Assembly (NCBI GenBank): GCA_013265495.1
Contig: MU061538.1
Location: forward strand, 1,631,339-1,695,338
Length of the DNA stretch: 64,000 nucleotides
Reading direction: 5' to 3'
DNA from: Vicugna vicugna
Taxonomy: Eukaryota
A program made the position numbers and the translations under genes. How positions within the stretch are numbered: position 1 is the first letter of the stretch; each line of letters starts with the position of its first letter. Under the pieces are notes generated by a model. It was not told the origin of the DNA. It worked only from the letters and a program-made list of their open reading frames with translations, and ran no database searches. Below are positions 60,565 through 64,000 of this stretch, one piece after another.

Positions 60565-60815
60565 TAGGGCGGAGTCAGAAAAGGAGATGTGACAATGGAA
60601 ACAGAGGTTGGAATAATGAGAAAGAGGGGCCACAAGCCAAGGGGTGCGGCGTCTAGCAGTCTAAGACGGCTGGGGAGCGGACACGCCCTTAGAGTCTCAA
60701 GAAAGAAGAAATGCAGCCCTGTTGACAGCCCGATTCTAGGACCTGCGGGCTCTAGAACCGTAAGACGATTTGTTTAAGCTGCCGGATCTGTAGTCATTAA
60801 TTACAGCGGCACAAA
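60565..60815 (+). mobile_element. MLT1 (C/D-type) LTR fragment
   Basis: gagatgtgacaatggaaacagaggttgga...ccacaagccaagggg...tctagaaccgtaagacg...ttaagctgcc. Confidence 0.7.
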
Positions 60816-60834
60816 GAAGCCAGCGCACTTGCTA

Positions 60835-61009
60835 AAGCACAGCACAGGGAATGTAGTCAGTGATGCTGTGATAACGTGGGTGACAAAGGTGACCATTTTG
60901 TAATGTATAAAAATATTGAATCACTATGTTGTGCATCTCAAATTAACATACTATTACAAGCTAACTATACTTCAATAAAATAAAAAGAAACTGAATTAAA
61001 AACAAAAAA
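60835..61009 (+). mobile_element. L1MA-type 3' end fragment
   Basis: gtgaccattttgtaatgtataaaaatattgaatcactatgttgtgcatctcaaattaacata...ctatacttcaataaaa. Confidence 0.8.
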
Positions 61010-63192
61010 CTCGAAGGACAAGAGAAGGGAGCTGATGGCGGATGGTGGTAGCTGACGGCAGATGGTGGGAGCTCCTCCCAGGTCAGGACTGGCTCTCGCA
61101 CAGCCAAGGCCTGGGCCTCGTGGGCGGTGGGGACACCCTACCTCTTTACCCCGCACACGGCTCACCGCACCACCCAACGCAAGCTCCATTCCAGCAAGGA
61201 GGCTGGACTGCTTTAAGCCCCCAGAGGGGCCAGGCCCTACCGCGGGGGACAGATGACAGCTCTGGCGTCTCCTCCAGCCCCGCCCGTGGGCCCCTCCGCA
61301 GGCTGCTTTGCAGAGAGGCTTGCCGGGCAGGAGCGAGGCCCCGTGGCCACGCAGCCGGGGAAGCGCAGCAGGCGCCTGCCCGCAGACCCCGTCTCACACA
61401 AAGAGCTCTTCACGGAAGGGCCCGCTCTCGCCGTGGAAGGAAATGGAGACACCGTCCGATACAACACTTCACAGAGAGTCTGTCCCAGCAAAACCAAGAC
61501 TGCGACTGTTAAATTCGTGTCCCCCACAAAATGCAGGAACCTAGAGATGGAGAAGCCAGCTCCTTGCCTCGGGTGTTAGAGCAAAGATTGACGCGTAACA
61601 AGCGGCAGGCAACTTTTCCTGTGAATAGTTAATTTCACAGAAACCCTGGCCTCCGCAGGAACAAGGGAAGGGGGGCCGGGTTGTTTTCACCTGGTTGCTG
61701 TCCCCAAGGGTAACCTTTCTGCAGCGAGGTCAAGTGCAACTCTGTACACCGCAGCCCAGGGGCTCGGGGGCTGAGAGGAAGTGAAGGGGCTGTTTAGGAG
61801 GAAGCATCTGAACTTGTCTTAAAGCAGAGCACGTCACTTGGCCAATTTTCTTCCATTGTCATAAAACGTTCTAGCACTGCGGTCACGGGATGAACAGCAG
61901 TTCACGGCCTGATCCTAAACTCAGTTTCACATCGGCATCCAGTTCCTCACCCCATGAGGCATTTACACAATGCCTGGTACCCACCCCCTCCCTGGACCCA
62001 GCACACCCTTTGTCTAAATACCACACGGGTCCAAAGCTAAAAGGCAGGAAATGCCAAGGAGGGCGAATTCTCGGCAAGTCAGAGCCACTAAAAGGAAAAC
62101 CAGGACAGCGCAATGCGGAGTTAAGGTGCTGTCCGCCCTACCTGTGATATCATGGATTTCCTCAGTTTGAGTAAGTTACCAAAAATATCACCGCCAGGTG
62201 CGCTTGGGTGCTGGAGAGCGCTGGCTTGTGAAAGATGAGGGGAAGTCCACGCTTTCTCCATGGGTAAGTCCTGAAGCCTTCTTTGGAAAATAGTGTTGCA
62301 GATGATCTGAGGAGTAGGATCTGATTCCTTCCATATTTTAAGAACAATTTCCAGGTGACTTTATGTAAATAAAAGAAGGTGAAGCTGCTCTTGTGAAGGA
62401 AGAGCCAACATCACCAAAGAGCAGGTGTGACCTTAGTCACCCCACCAGGCCAGCTGGTTTTCTGAGGAGGCAAGGAAAACAAAACAAACCAAACAGACCC
62501 ACTGCTACCCCTGGAATTTGCCAGGAACTAGAAGCTAGACTGTTCTTAAGAAAAAGCGAGTCCCACGGTACCTGCACATTCACGAGACACCTACTGTGTG
62601 CTCGGAACGGTGCCAAGTGCTGGGCACCACAGCGCGCCCCCAAGCCCTGCCCCTGCCCTCCCAGTGCTGACCCACAGCTCAGCCTCGGGGGCGCAGCCCG
62701 CAGGAGGGCTCGTGAGGGCTCCGGCCTCTGTGACGGAAGTTCCAAGAGCTTCCGTGGCTTCCTCGAGGTCATAAAAGTACCACCAGCTCCATAACAGAAC
62801 AGTGACATCCTTCTAAACGTCAGCTTTGGGATGAAGGATGTCTGCTTTCACCCACTGCGTCTCGGAATGGGGGGGCGTCTGGCACCCAGTGGGGTCTTAG
62901 CAAATATATGCTGAGTGAATAAGTATGTTGCCTTGCAAATGACCAGGCTACCTGGGAATATTTTGGACGACGGGTTATGTTTTTAAAAGGAAAATATCTA
63001 AAACACTTCTGGGCTAAAAGTAGGAAAGGGAGGGAGGCAGCCCAGCAGCCCCTGGGGTCCGCGTGCTCACAGCCACCCGCACGTCAGCGCGGATGCAAAC
63101 TGCACCGGGACGCCGAGCCTGCTCTCAGGGGGGAGTTTCTCCTTGTGGAAGAACCCATGCTACTGTCAGATTTAACCGTTAATTTTTGTAAG

Positions 63193-63330
63193 TTTTTTTT
63201 ATTTTGGGGGTTTTTGAGGGGGTAGTAATTAGGTCCATTTATTTATTTTAAATAGAGGTGCTGGGGATTGAACCCAGGACTTCGTGCACTCTAAGCATGC
63301 GCTCTACCCCTGAGCTGTGCTCTCAGCCCC
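63193..63330 (-). mobile_element. Vic-1-type SINE
   Basis: ggtagtaattagg...gaggtgctggggattgaacccaggacttcgtgcactctaagcatgcgctctacccctgagctgtgctctc, the reverse complement of the 33543 element. Confidence 0.85.
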
Positions 63331-64000
63331 TTCGTTTAGGTATTTTAATTCTATGTGTTAACCCCTGAAACAGCCACTCCAGCTGTCCTCACCACCACCA
63401 CTCGACAAATCGACGGCTCCGTGGCAGTGGCCTGATGGAGCAGCATTCATGAGCCCTGGCAGAGCTGCGATCACTTAACTGGGGCAGTTCAGCCAACCTT
63501 GCTCTCATTACTAAAGAGATGAGTGAACATTTATTTTTTTCCAGTGCAAATAACGAAGAAAAGGTAATATGCATCTGCCAGAGTATTTGCAGCGAAAAGC
63601 CCACTTCCTGTCATGTTCGCTGCTGCATTGCATTTGTCGTCTGCAGAGATAATGAAGTATCCTTGACATGGATTTGAGAGGATTTAGTAACTCCAGTCCC
63701 CACAACCAGGCGCTACCACCGAATCACAGAGCTTGTCTAGAAATTGGAGTGGGGGCTGATCTTAGCAAAGCTTCTCATTTGTAGGGGAGAAGAGCGAGAC
63801 GGAAATGACGGAAGAGGCTTGGGCGCGTCTCCCCAAAGCCCAGAGCACGCCCCAGCCTGGCGGCTAGCTCCCCCAGAACTGTGCAAGGCAGCGCACCTGC
63901 AGCTTGAGGACGGCTCAGGCCCCAATCCTCCAGGTCAAAGGAGCCCAGTTCAGGACCTTGTCCTGAAGCTGGAATTTCCAGGTCAAAAGCTAGGCACATT

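Noticed and set aside
1..64000. CRISPR arrays, operons, rRNA genes or host coding exons
   Set aside because: Mammalian sequence with no regular repeat-spacer array and no recognisable exon. Short exons could be missed by eye.

Overview
Mammalian genomic DNA, GC- and CpG-rich, with no recognisable host protein-coding exon. Three Vic-1-type tRNA-derived SINEs point to a camelid. Most ORFs in the track are chance ORFs. Interspersed repeats include a ~7.4 kb old L1 (L1M4b-like) carrying a Tigger1, plus Charlie1, MER5/53/58, MLT1 LTRs, MIR, L2 and younger L1 3' ends. The main finding is at ~36.6-39.1 kb: a degraded endogenous bornavirus-like element with nucleoprotein (N) homology followed by X/P (phosphoprotein) homology in native viral gene order, ending at a TAAAAA termination-like signal. 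A MIR-family SINE and an L1 3' fragment split it, which suggests great age. A strong splice-acceptor-like site lies immediately upstream. All viral and repeat comparisons were made by eye against sequences recalled from memory and need database confirmation.
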